Shown here: one piece after another, positions 43,966-53,795 of the stretch
Position numbering within the stretch: position 1 is the stretch's first letter
Layout: each line of letters begins with the position of its first letter
Position numbers and translations under genes: made by a program
The notes under the pieces: model-generated
Told to the model about the DNA's origin: nothing
Database searches by the model: none
Seen by the model: the letters and a program-made list of their open reading frames with translations, nothing else
Assembly (NCBI GenBank): GCA_963741205.1
Contig: CAVUHW010000027.1
Span: 64,001 to 128,000, forward strand
Length of the DNA stretch: 64,000 nucleotides
Source: Nitrospirota bacterium
GTDB taxonomy: Bacteria; Nitrospirota; UBA9217
Direction: 5' to 3'

Positions 43966-45208
43966 TCTGCATGACCGGCACTGCAAAGCCGCGCTTCTAT
44001 GGGACGAGTCCTTCCTGTGGGGCATCATGGCATACAAGGCCCTCAACGCCTGCGGCTTGGCCTGCGACCTCGTCCGCTCGGAGGACGTAAGAAAGGGAAA
44101 GCTGTCCGATTATTCCTTGCTGTTCGTCCCGGGCGGGTGGGCGTCGAATAAAATAAAGGCCCTTGGCAACGACGGCGTTGAAGAAATAAAAAGGTTTGTG
44201 CATGACGGCGGCGCCTACCTCGGATTCTGCGGCGGGGCCGGGCTCGCGACCATGGACGGTATCGGCCTCGTGCCAGTCAAGCGAAGGCCGACGAAGGACC
44301 GGGTGCCGAGCTTCAGCGGCAGAATCGCGCTCTCTGCGTCGCCTCATCCCTTGTGGAAGGGGATATCGGAGCCCGTGTTCCATGCCTGGTGGCCGTCTCA
44401 ATTCGTGATCGATGGGCCGGTGAACGTGCTCGCTACCTATGCTGAAGCGCTTCTTGACTCCTTCAGCTCCGACGTGAACGTGGGGGACGCGGCAGCCGCC
44501 GGAAGCTGGGCCGAGCTGGAGCGCCTTTACCAGATCAATCTGGACCCGAAGCGGCTTTTTGGCGAGCCCGCCGTTATCGAGGGCCGGTTCGGAGAGGGGA
44601 AGGTGCTGCTTTCCCTTGTTCATTTCGATACGCCGGGAGACGAAAACGGGGCAAAGGTGCTCGGCAATATCTGGCGCAATCTGGGCTGCGACCAGCAAAC
44701 TACGCGTGCAGACGTGTTTCAGAGCCAGGACTGGCGTGTTCAAGGCCTATCATGTCATCCCCTTTTGACGGAACTGGAGACCGCGGTGATCGGACTCATC
44801 GGCCTTGGGCTTCGGAACTTTCTCTGGTTCCGGCGGAATTCCATGCTCCTGCAGTGGAGGCGGGGAGTGCGGGGTCTTGAATATTGTACGCTCTATGTCA
44901 TGGTGAGCGAGCTTGCAAAGCTTTTGGAAACGCATTCCCAGAAGCGGGAAATATCCGGCCTTGACAGCAGCCTGGCACGGATCAGGGAACTGCTGCTGCC
45001 TTTCGTCGAAAAAGCACAGGGCCTCCTGGTACGGGAACGCTTTGCCATGCAGAACGGGTACATTACCTATGACAAATGCGATGATCCCGAAATTCAATCG
45101 ATCAGGGAAGAACTATTTTCCCATTCCAAAAGTTACGGCGGATTGTTTAAAAAGCTTATCGATGAAATAGACGGATTGTTGTTCAGGCTGCTTGTACAAG
45201 CCGGTTGA
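43943..45208 (+). CDS. BPL_N / class I glutamine-amidotransferase-like domain protein
   Basis: LLFVPGG, IKRFVHDGGAYLGFCGGAG, GEGKVLLSLVHFD; overlaps cbiH stop. Confidence 0.7.
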   Translation: MKTSLRSDLHDRHCKAALLWDESFLWGIMAYKALNACGLACDLVRSEDVRKGKLSDYSLLFVPGGWASNKIKALGNDGVEEIKRFVHDGGAYLGFCGGAGLATMDGIGLVPVKRRPTKDRVPSFSGRIALSASPHPLWKGISEPVFHAWWPSQFVIDGPVNVLATYAEALLDSFSSDVNVGDAAAAGSWAELERLYQINLDPKRLFGEPAVIEGRFGEGKVLLSLVHFDTPGDENGAKVLGNIWRNLGCDQQTTRADVFQSQDWRVQGLSCHPLLTELETAVIGLIGLGLRNFLWFRRNSMLLQWRRGVRGLEYCTLYVMVSELAKLLETHSQKREISGLDSSLARIRELLLPFVEKAQGLLVRERFAMQNGYITYDKCDDPEIQSIREELFSHSKSYGGLFKKLIDEIDGLLFRLLVQAG

Positions 45209-45216
45209 GGAGACTG

Positions 45217-45415
45217 ATGACAGAAGACAAGCCTTCAAAAAAAATTTTGTGTCCCGATTTGCAAGAAAGAAGCGGCCTGGCGTGACAATCCGTTTCGGCC
45301 TTTCTGCTCCGAGCGGTGCAAGTTGATTGATCTCGGAAAATGGGCCGCGGAGGACTACCGGATCCCCGCAGAGAAGAAGGACCAACCTGAAAGGGAAGGG
45401 GAAGAAAATAATTAA
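45217..45415 (+). CDS. yacG: DNA gyrase inhibitor YacG (one indel; absent from ORF track)
   Basis: Manual translation [33 protein letters not shown]; GAGGAG RBS. Confidence 0.88.
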
Positions 45416-45587
45416 AACAGAGCGGTAGATAATTTTTAGGAAATATATTACAATAGGTCGAATATGCAGCAGAAGACGAACCACTGAACTCATCGCGAGC
45501 AGCACCAGGTTTCCCGCCGCCTTGCATTATCGTTGAACAACGAGGGGCAGGAAATTCTGCAGTAAATCCCCCAGGAGGCCGCCCAGG

Positions 45588-46946
45588 ATGGAAGTCCGGT
45601 GTGAAAGCTGTAACAAGCTTTTCCGTGTTTCAAATGACAAGATTACCGGCAAGGGCATCAAGTTCACCTGCACGCGCTGTGGTGAATATGTGAAGATCAC
45701 ACGGGAAGCGTTCGAGGACTATACGCTTGCCCAATTTACAGTCTCCGCGCTCGACGTGTTGGAGAACCGACAGGCCTCGCCTCCGGCTGGGCCGGTCCCG
45801 GGACCGGAACCGGCTGATGCCGGAATGACCGCAGCCCTTGCTTCCGTCGGGGCGGAATCGGTCGTCGCGGAAGCGATCGGATCAGAGCAGAAGACCGACG
45901 AGCTTCCGTCTCCGCTGATGCCGGATTTCCTGCAGGAGCGGGAAGAAACTCCTTCTCCCTTCGAAGACTCAACTCAGAATACCGAGTTGCAGCCTCCACA
46001 CGAGCAGGCGTTTCCCGACGAGCCGGTCCAGGAAGAACTGCGGGTAGAGCTGGAAAACGAGCCGTCGTCCCCCGTTGGGCCGGAACCGCAGCCAGAAGCA
46101 GTCATTGCAGCGGAACCGAAAAAAGAACCTGTCCCCGAACCTGAAATGAAGGAGCAAGCCCAAACGGAATCCGCGCTGAAATCCGAGCAGGTCCTGGAAC
46201 CGACGTCAGAGCAAAAACCAACGGCAAAACAGGAAGACATTGCTGGGCTTATGACGGGAGCCGCCGGTCCGGAGTTCGAGGCAAAGCCCGCGGCAACAGC
46301 CGTTCCCGTTGCCGATGTTTCGGTTGCGGCCCCCAAAAAAGAGCCTGTCCGTCAGTCTGGGACGATGCCGCAGAAAACTGTAACAGCAACAATCCCGGCT
46401 GAAGCCGCACGTTCCGGCAGTTTGGTAAAGGTACTGTTGGCGGCGCTCGTCATCCTGGGCCTCGGCGGGGGCGGAGCATATCTGTATATGCGGTCATCTC
46501 CCTCCGCAAAGCAAGAATCCCAAACCGGAATGGTTTCAGCAGAGGGTTTGCAGATCGTCAATGCGGTAGGTTCTCTGCAGGAAAACGGCGATCTTCTAGT
46601 ATCGGGCGAGCTGGAAAACACGACCGACAGGCCGCGGGACGACTGGTACATCGTCGTCGATGTTTTAGACGCCACGGGTGTGGTGCTGCACAAGATTCGC
46701 ATGCTGAACGGCAAGCAGATATATACGAGAAGCGACTACGAGATTCTGGCCAAGCGGGGCGCGAATGTGCAGGACTTGAAGGAAAAAGCGCTTCAGCCGC
46801 ATGGCGTTGTTTTACCGCCGAAGGGAAAGGCGGCCTTCGAGATGAGATACTTGCAGCCGCCGGCCAGTATAGCCAGCTTTAACGCTGCGCTTCAACCTTT
46901 CAACCCTGCACTCCTGCTCAAGGAGATCGCGGAAGATACGAAATAA
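45588..46946 (+). CDS. Zinc-ribbon (MJ0042-like) / acidic linker / TM / DUF3426-like membrane protein
   Basis: CESC..CTRC N-terminus, Pro/Glu-rich linker, single TM, LLVSGELEN C-domain. Confidence 0.75.
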   Translation: MEVRCESCNKLFRVSNDKITGKGIKFTCTRCGEYVKITREAFEDYTLAQFTVSALDVLENRQASPPAGPVPGPEPADAGMTAALASVGAESVVAEAIGSEQKTDELPSPLMPDFLQEREETPSPFEDSTQNTELQPPHEQAFPDEPVQEELRVELENEPSSPVGPEPQPEAVIAAEPKKEPVPEPEMKEQAQTESALKSEQVLEPTSEQKPTAKQEDIAGLMTGAAGPEFEAKPAATAVPVADVSVAAPKKEPVRQSGTMPQKTVTATIPAEAARSGSLVKVLLAALVILGLGGGGAYLYMRSSPSAKQESQTGMVSAEGLQIVNAVGSLQENGDLLVSGELENTTDRPRDDWYIVVDVLDATGVVLHKIRMLNGKQIYTRSDYEILAKRGANVQDLKEKALQPHGVVLPPKGKAAFEMRYLQPPASIASFNAALQPFNPALLLKEIAEDTK

Positions 46947-46973
46947 CCGTATCGGCTGATTTCGCGGACAGTC

Positions 46974-47010
46974 AAAGCGCCATCCTGTCACCGCAGGGTG
47001 GCGCTTTTTT
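46974..47010 (+). terminator. Rho-independent terminator-like hairpin
   Basis: AAAGCGCCATCCTG..CAGGGTGGCGCTTT + T-run. Confidence 0.7.
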
Positions 47011-47016
47011 ACTTCT

Positions 47017-48012
47017 ATGAACGGATTTATTATATTGTCGGCGTTTGTCCTTGATCGCCTCTTCGGCGATCCGCGATGGCTGCCTCACCCGATCCGGGGG
47101 ATCGGACTGCTGATCGAGCGGCTAGAGACGCTTTTCAGGCGATGGGCCAGATCGGCGTTCGCTGAAACATGCGCAGGCGTGGTCCTCGTCATAGTCACGG
47201 TATCGATCGTTTACTTCACGGCGCGGTTACTCGCACTGTCCGCCTTTCGATTATCACCGGCCTTCGGGTTCATCGTAGCGGCGATCCTGGCCTCTACGAC
47301 GATCGCGGCGCGGGGCCTTGCGGATGCCGCGCGATCCGTGTTTGACAAACTCGAAGGGGGAGATATCGCGTCGGCCAGACGCGAGCTTGCCATGATCGTG
47401 GGCAGAGACACGGCAGAGCTTGACGAACGTGAAATATCCCGAGCCGTGATCGAAACCGTTGCCGAGAACGCGTCGGACGGCGTCATTGCGCCTCTTTTGT
47501 ATCTGGCAATAGGCGGGCCTGCGCTCGCGCTCGCCTACAAGGCAGTGAACACGCTTGATTCCATGGTCGGTTACAAGAACGAACGCTACCGCCGTTTCGG
47601 CTGGGCCGCGGCGCGGCTCGACGACATAGCCAATTTCATACCTGCACGGATCACGGCGGTGTTGATATGCTTGACTGCCGATATTGCTCGCCGGTTGGCC
47701 CCCTCACCCCAACCCTCTGCCCAGGGGGAAGAGGGGGATTCCGCATTTCCGAGTCCCTGGAGCATCATGCTTCGCGACGGGAGGAACCATCCCAGCCCGA
47801 ACAGCGGGTATCCCGAAGCAGCCATGGCGGGTGCTCTCGGTGTCCGTCTTGGCGGCCCAAGCTCCTATGGGGGGCAACTGGGCGTCAAGCCGTTTATCGG
47901 CGACGCGATGTTCCCGATCGATAAAAAATACATTGAAAAGTCAGTCCGCTTAATGTATTCTACTTCCTTACTCGCCGCGTGCGGGGCGGCGTCGTTACGT
48001 TATTTCCTGTAA
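47017..48012 (+). CDS. cbiB: Adenosylcobinamide-phosphate synthase
   Basis: DRLFGDPRWLPHP, IVGRDT, AENASDG, YKAVNTLDSMVGY, SPNSGYPEAAMAGAL. Confidence 0.94.
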   Translation: MNGFIILSAFVLDRLFGDPRWLPHPIRGIGLLIERLETLFRRWARSAFAETCAGVVLVIVTVSIVYFTARLLALSAFRLSPAFGFIVAAILASTTIAARGLADAARSVFDKLEGGDIASARRELAMIVGRDTAELDEREISRAVIETVAENASDGVIAPLLYLAIGGPALALAYKAVNTLDSMVGYKNERYRRFGWAAARLDDIANFIPARITAVLICLTADIARRLAPSPQPSAQGEEGDSAFPSPWSIMLRDGRNHPSPNSGYPEAAMAGALGVRLGGPSSYGGQLGVKPFIGDAMFPIDKKYIEKSVRLMYSTSLLAACGAASLRYFL

Positions 48013-48025
48013 TAGATCTTTTCAC

Positions 48026-48053
48026 TTGACAAAAACTATGACTGTGCTATAAA
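48026..48053 (+). promoter_or_regulatory. sigma70 promoter for metK
   Basis: TTGACA-N16-TATAAA with extended -10 TG. Confidence 0.6.
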
Positions 48054-48093
48054 GACGGAATTTTCAAGGTCTTAAAGGCCGGGAGGACACTCG

Positions 48094-49255
48094 ATGAACA
48101 GTTGCAGCAGGAATTACCTTTTTACTTCGGAATCGGTTACCGAAGGGCATCCGGACAAGATAGCGGATCAGATTTCGGACGCCGTTCTTGACGCCCTTCT
48201 GGCGCAAGACCCCACGAGCCGTGTTGCATGCGAAACCCTTTTGACGACGGGCCTTGCAATAGTAGCCGGAGAGATCACCACGAAAGGCTACGTGGAGATT
48301 CCCGACATCGTCCGCCAGACGATCAAGGAGATCGGTTATACCAGGGCCAAGTACGGGTTCGATTACGAGACGTGCGGGGTCATCACCTCCGTCCACTCGC
48401 AGTCGCCCGACATCGCCATGGGCGTGGACACGGGAGGCGCTGGAGACCAGGGCCTCATGTTCGGCTACGCTTGCGACGAGACGCCGGAACTCATGCCCAT
48501 GACGATCATGCTCGCCCACAAACTGACGCGCCAACTCTCGGAGATGAGGAAGTCCGAGGTGCTCCCTTACCTGAGGCCCGACGGGAAATCTCAGGTTACG
48601 ATCGAGTACCGCGACGGCAAGCCGTATAGAATTCATACCATCGTGGTATCCAGCCAGCACAGCCCCGACGTCGCACTTGAAGAACCTGCGCGAGGACATC
48701 ATCGAGAAGGTGATCAAGCCGGTGGTCCCGAAGAACCTCCTCGACGAGGAGACGATCGTATACCACATCAACCCCACCGGAAGGTTCGTAACGGGCGGAC
48801 CCATGGGCGACACCGGCCTTACGGGCCGCAAGATTATCGTGGACACCTACGGCGGTGTGGGCAGCCACGGCGGCGGATGTTTCTCGGGCAAGGACCCGAC
48901 GAAGGTTGACCGATCCGCTTCGTATATGGCCCGCTATGTTGCCAAGAATATCGTGGCCGTCCGGCGTCTGCAAGCGAGGTCGAAGTGCAGCTCGCTTACG
49001 CGATCGGCGTTCCCGACCCCGTTTCGATCCACGTCGACGATTTCGGGTCCGGCAGCGTCGACCATGACAAACTGGTCGGGATCATCAGGAAGAATTTCGA
49101 CATGACGCCCAAGGGCATCATACAGACTCTTGAATCTGAGACGGCCCATTTATCAGAAAACCGCGGCCTACGGCCACTTCGGCAGGACCGAGCCCGAGTT
49201 CACCTGGGAGCATACGGACAAGGCGGCGGCGATCAAGAGAGACGCCGGACTATAG
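48094..49255 (+). CDS. metK: S-adenosylmethionine synthetase (3 apparent indels)
   Basis: [56 protein letters not shown]. Confidence 0.96.
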
Positions 49256-49371
49256 TGTCGCTGTGTGATTTATACTATTTGGCCGTGTAGAGCCGGAATT
49301 CAAGTGGGAAGCCACTGACAAGGCTGCCGCATGGAGCGCAGACGCAGGACTGTAATTCAAACATCAACACA

Positions 49372-49456
49372 CCCCGTCGAGGGGCGCTGCAGCAGTCACC
49401 GCAAGGTGGGTCTGTCAGGCTCGATGGGGGGTTCAACATGCAGCAACGGCGCCCAT
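49372..49456 (+). ncRNA. SAH riboswitch
   Basis: CGAGGGGCGCTGCAGC...CAGGCTCG...CAACGGCGCCC directly upstream of ahcY. Confidence 0.88.
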
Positions 49457-49480
49457 TCATTAACCTGAATGGAGAGCTTT

Positions 49481-50878
49481 ATGTCTAGTAAAGACTACGT
49501 TATCGCCGACATCAAACTGGCCTCATGGGGCCGCAAAGAAATCGCCATCGCCGAAACCGAGATGCCCGGTCTGATGGCGATCCGTGAAGAGTTCGCCAAG
49601 ACCCAGCCGCTGAAGGGCGCGCGCATCACCGGTTCGCTGCATATGACCATCCAGACCGCCGTGCTGATCGAGACGCTGAAGGCGCTCGGTGCGGAAGTCC
49701 GCTGGGCTTCGTGCAACATCTTCTCTACCCAGGACCACGCTGCTGCCGCCATCGCCGCGGCTGGCACGCCGGTGTTCGCTGTGAAGGGCGAATCGCTCAA
49801 GGACTACTGGGATTACACGCACCGCATATTCGAATGGCCGGACGGCGGCTACTCGGACATGATCCTGGACGACGGCGGCGACGCCACGCTGCTGCTGCAC
49901 CTCGGCAGCAAGGCCGAGAAGGACATCTCGGTGCTCGACAAGCCCGACAGCGAGGAAGCGACGGTGCTGTTCGCCAGCATCAAGGCCAAGCTCAAGCAGG
50001 ATCCGAAGTGGTACTCGACGCGCCTGGCGAAGATCAAGGGTGTCACAGAAGAGACCACCACGGGCGTGCATCGCCTCTATCAGATGCATGAGAAGGGCGA
50101 ACTCAGGTTCCCTGCGATCAACGTCAACGACTCCGTCACCAAGTCCAAGTTCGACAACCTCTACGGCTGCCGCGAATCGCTGGTGGACGGCATCAAGCGC
50201 GCCACCGACGTAATGATCGCGGGCAAGATTGCCGTCGTTTGCGGCTACGGCGACGTGGGCAAGGGCTCCGCCCAGGCGTTGCGCGCATTGTCCGCACAGG
50301 TGTGGGTCACCGAAATCGACCCGATCTGCGCGCTGCAGGCAGCGATGGAAGGCTACCGCGTCGTGACCATGGACTACGCCTGCGACAAGGCCGACATTTT
50401 CGTCACTGCCACCGGGAATTATCATGTCATCGACCACCAGCATCTGGTGAAGATGAAGAACCAGGCAATCGTTTGCAACATCGGCCACTTCGACTCCGAG
50501 ATCAACGTCGCCTCGTTGGAGAAATACCAGTGGGAAGAAATCAAGCCGCAGGTCGACCACATAATCTTCCCGGACAAGAAACGCATCATCCTGCTGGCCA
50601 AGGGCCGCCTGGTGAACCTCGGCTGTGCCACCGGCCACCCGTCGTACGTGATGTCGTCCTCCTTCGCCAATCAGACCATCGCCCAGATCGAACTGTTCAC
50701 ACAGACCGACAAGTACCCGGTGGGCGTGTACACACTGCCGAAGCACCTGGACGAAAAGGTCGCGCGCCTGCAACTGAAGAAACTGAACGTGCAGCTGACC
50801 ACACTGACCGATCAGCAGGCCGCCTATATTGGCGTGCCCAAGGAAGGTCCGTACAAGTCGGGGCACTACCGCTACTAA
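49481..50878 (+). CDS. ahcY: S-adenosyl-L-homocysteine hydrolase
   Basis: [56 protein letters not shown]. Confidence 0.97.
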   Translation: MSSKDYVIADIKLASWGRKEIAIAETEMPGLMAIREEFAKTQPLKGARITGSLHMTIQTAVLIETLKALGAEVRWASCNIFSTQDHAAAAIAAAGTPVFAVKGESLKDYWDYTHRIFEWPDGGYSDMILDDGGDATLLLHLGSKAEKDISVLDKPDSEEATVLFASIKAKLKQDPKWYSTRLAKIKGVTEETTTGVHRLYQMHEKGELRFPAINVNDSVTKSKFDNLYGCRESLVDGIKRATDVMIAGKIAVVCGYGDVGKGSAQALRALSAQVWVTEIDPICALQAAMEGYRVVTMDYACDKADIFVTATGNYHVIDHQHLVKMKNQAIVCNIGHFDSEINVASLEKYQWEEIKPQVDHIIFPDKKRIILLAKGRLVNLGCATGHPSYVMSSSFANQTIAQIELFTQTDKYPVGVYTLPKHLDEKVARLQLKKLNVQLTTLTDQQAAYIGVPKEGPYKSGHYRY

Positions 50879-50965
50879 GCGGGCTGCCGCTTCGCACGGA
50901 GCACTTCCGGGCCATGTCCCGAACAGAAGAAGTACCTCGCCTCGTGGGAAATGGGAACATAGGAA

Positions 50966-51061
50966 GAGCAGGAATCAGTAGTCTGTAGTCAGGAGCCAGG
51001 AGTTAGGAAGCGGAATTTGGAGGAAATTTATTCTGAATTCTGGCTCCTGACTACTGGCTCC
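50966..51061. repeat. Inverted heptamer arrays (AGTCAGG/AGCCAGG vs CTGGCTC/CTGACTA)
   Basis: Seen directly between ahcY and the DMT gene. Confidence 0.75.
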
Positions 51062-51072
51062 TTTTTTTATCC

Positions 51073-51936
51073 ATGAATAGCTACCTTAAAATCGCGGCAT
51101 CTATGCTGATCTGGAGCACCTGGGGCCTCATGATACGCTGGATGGCGCTTCCGCCAGTCGTGGTCCTTTTCCATACGTCCCTGATCGCCGGATTTATCGT
51201 TCCCCTCGTGCTGAAGGCGAGGGGGGATTTTCCCCGCAACCTCTCCGATTTCGGGTCCTGGCGACTCTTCGCGGCGCTTTCCGCCGCATCCCTTACGAAC
51301 AATCTCACTTATTTTTATGCCCTCGGGCACACCACCGTGTCGAACGCGGTTTTTACCCATTACACGGCGCCGGTGATCGTCGCAGCCCTGGCCCCGTTGC
51401 TCATCTCTGAACGGCTCCAGCGGGTGACGCTGATCTCCCTGCCGGCAGCCGCGGCAGGCATGGCCATGATCGTTCTGGCCGGGGGAGGACTCAGCCTGAG
51501 CAGCGCGGACCTGCCCGGCATACTCGCCGGAACAGCATCCGGCGCGGCCTATGCATTCGTGATCATCTACTCCCGGAGGCTCAGCCAGCTGCACTTGCAC
51601 CACAAGGCGATCGTGCTTCTTCTCTGGATGACCGTTATCGCGACCGCGCCGGCGGTGCTTGCCGCGGATTATTCCCTCAATATCCGGACTGCCGGCCTTC
51701 TGTTGGTCACAGGAGTCATGCACTCAACCACAGCGCCGCTCATGTATTTCAGCGCGCTCCGGCGCGTCATGGCTCAGCACGCCGCCATCCTCGGGTATAT
51801 AGAGCCCCTTGCGGCAATCCCGCTGGCCTTCCTGTTTCTTTCCGAGAAGCCGCCGTTTCTCGCTCTTCTGGGCGGTGTTCTGATCATTCTGTCCGGATAC
51901 CTGGTGGTTCGTGAGCGCCGCTCGGGGCAGGCCTGA
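51073..51936 (+). CDS. DMT/EamA family transporter
   Basis: ~10 TM segments; YTAPVIVAALAPLLISER; YIEPLAAIPLAFLFLSE. Confidence 0.88.
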   Translation: MNSYLKIAASMLIWSTWGLMIRWMALPPVVVLFHTSLIAGFIVPLVLKARGDFPRNLSDFGSWRLFAALSAASLTNNLTYFYALGHTTVSNAVFTHYTAPVIVAALAPLLISERLQRVTLISLPAAAAGMAMIVLAGGGLSLSSADLPGILAGTASGAAYAFVIIYSRRLSQLHLHHKAIVLLLWMTVIATAPAVLAADYSLNIRTAGLLLVTGVMHSTTAPLMYFSALRRVMAQHAAILGYIEPLAAIPLAFLFLSEKPPFLALLGGVLIILSGYLVVRERRSGQA

Positions 51937-52185
51937 GCCTGAAAACTGCGGTATGGCCGCTAATGCTTCTCTAAAGCTGCTAGGATCATTTCCCCTTCGG
52001 GCTTTTCTTGATTTCCCACAATTGTCTTGCCAGCCTTCGATGTAATCCCGGTTTAGATTTTTCACCCAGCGCCACGACCGTCTAGCCCATAACGCTCCTG
52101 CAATGCGCTGGTCATGGTGCCGCCATGGGAAGTGACGGATCGTCTATAATGTAAAAATAAATGTCGCAACGGCGGGAGGTATTCC

Positions 52186-52452
52186 ATGATCATTGCAAAC
52201 GAAGAAATCAAGGAACTGATCGCAGAGATCCCGGAAGGACACCGGCACTTGAGGACGACGATCGTCCTTCAGGACGGAAGAGAAATCACTTTTCAGGAGG
52301 CGACTATGGCGAATATGGTCCGCGCCTATATTACCGTCAAGACCCATCCCGAACGTAATGGTTTGCGACTGCGAGGCCGACGGCTGGCTTTACGAAAGGA
52401 GGGGTTTGCCGAATGGCAGCTTCTTGAGGCCGACGATGGACTGTCTCGGTGA
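52186..52452 (+). CDS. Hypothetical protein (88 aa)
   Basis: GGAGGT RBS; EIPEGHRHLRT..FQEATMANMVRAY; no family recognised. Confidence 0.6.
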   Translation: MIIANEEIKELIAEIPEGHRHLRTTIVLQDGREITFQEATMANMVRAYITVKTHPERNGLRLRGRRLALRKEGFAEWQLLEADDGLSR

Positions 52453-52664
52453 TCTTCACACATTTTTTTAACATTGACATTATTTTTTGCTATACTTAGC
52501 CATTAGTGAACTCCGATTGTTGCATTATCGTTTAACTAGGTGTCCGACAAGCAGAGGACTGTGGAAGAGGTTAATACCATATTGCCAAGGCCTCCGGAAC
52601 AGGTTAGCGCCATCGATTGTGCTATAATAAACCAATTAATTTTAAAACAAAGGAGAACGAAAGA

Positions 52665-52991
52665 ATGAAAAAAGTATTAGGGGGTTTCTTCATTGCACTG
52701 ATCATCTGCAGCACTGCGGCATATGTTTTCGCGGAAAAGGGATCTGATAAAACAGGTGAGGCAAAATTCAAGGCGCTTTGCTCCATGTGCCACCCCGATG
52801 GGGGAAACGTCATGAACCCGAAGAAGACCCTTCACAAACAGGACCGCGAGGCGAACAATATAAAGACCGTGGACGATATTGTCGGGAGAATGCGGAATCC
52901 CGGCCCCGGCATGACAAAGTTCGACGAAAAAACCGTCCCGAATAAAGAAGCGCACGCAATAGCCGAATATATTCTGAAGACTTTTAATTAA
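52665..52991 (+). CDS. Monoheme class I cytochrome c (c6-like)
   Basis: AAGGAG RBS; signal peptide; CSMCH, GGN..PKKTL, PGM ligand. Confidence 0.88.
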   Translation: MKKVLGGFFIALIICSTAAYVFAEKGSDKTGEAKFKALCSMCHPDGGNVMNPKKTLHKQDREANNIKTVDDIVGRMRNPGPGMTKFDEKTVPNKEAHAIAEYILKTFN

Positions 52992-53137
52992 CCTAAAAAA
53001 TGACCGCATAAAAATAACGAAATGCTGCCTCTATTTTAATCACACTTGAGCAGCATGCGGACAAACACGGATAAACGTCCAAGGAACTCCGAACTATGCG
53101 GCCATTCCTTGCCTCCATACAGTCGAGGTCATTCGAT

Positions 53138-53461
53138 ATGAATAAGAAAACAAGCTTCTTCATCATGTTCATCCTGATCGGAATCGGATCGTTTCTTATC
53201 ATCACCGGATGTCAAATGAACTCAAGGGGCGCAAAAGTATTTACGACAAACCGATGCCCCGAATGTCATATGATCGATGGAAAAGGAGGGAGCGTGGGGC
53301 CCAATCTCACTTATGTGGGGGGGCGGAGATCCCGTGCATTCATCATTCAGCAGATCAAAGATTCGAAAGTGAACAATCCTAATACGAATATGCCGTCATT
53401 TAGTAACCTTCCGGAACAGGACATCAATTCTCTGGCAGATTATCTTTCTGGTTTGAAGTAA
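53138..53461 (+). CDS. Monoheme cytochrome c, possible lipoprotein
   Basis: ITGC lipobox; CPECH; GPNLT; MPSF. Confidence 0.85.
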   Translation: MNKKTSFFIMFILIGIGSFLIITGCQMNSRGAKVFTTNRCPECHMIDGKGGSVGPNLTYVGGRRSRAFIIQQIKDSKVNNPNTNMPSFSNLPEQDINSLADYLSGLK

Positions 53462-53553
53462 TGTGTAAACGCGCTGTTGATCGATTTACATGGCGCCTGG
53501 TGTTCGGCCCTTTCTTGAGATTTAGAAGATATATTTTTTTTAAAAAAATCTGC

Positions 53554-53582
53554 TTGACAACACAAATATTGTATGATATTAA
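53554..53582 (+). promoter_or_regulatory. Probable sigma70 promoter of the hydrogenase operon
   Basis: TTGACA-N17-TATTAA with TG extension in an AT-rich intergenic region. Confidence 0.5.
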
Positions 53583-53795
53583 CAGTTAGCTGATCTACAA
53601 GGTGTTATTAACAGCTTCCGCAGTTTATTATATTCTTATATCTTTATAAACCTTATCTGCACATCATCTCAGCCGTGAGGTCGTTCAGAGCAACCTAAAT
53701 TAATCAAATAAAAATAGACAGTTATGTGATATTTCGGCTGCACGCTGCTCTGCTAAAAAGAAATTGTTTTTTATATTCCGCTTAAGGGGGCTGGT

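Noticed and set aside
21816-49255. Mass pseudogenisation or programmed frameshifting in thrS, rplT, metK and cbi genes
   Set aside because: Essential genes are affected and motifs are conserved on both sides of each break; assembly error is far more likely
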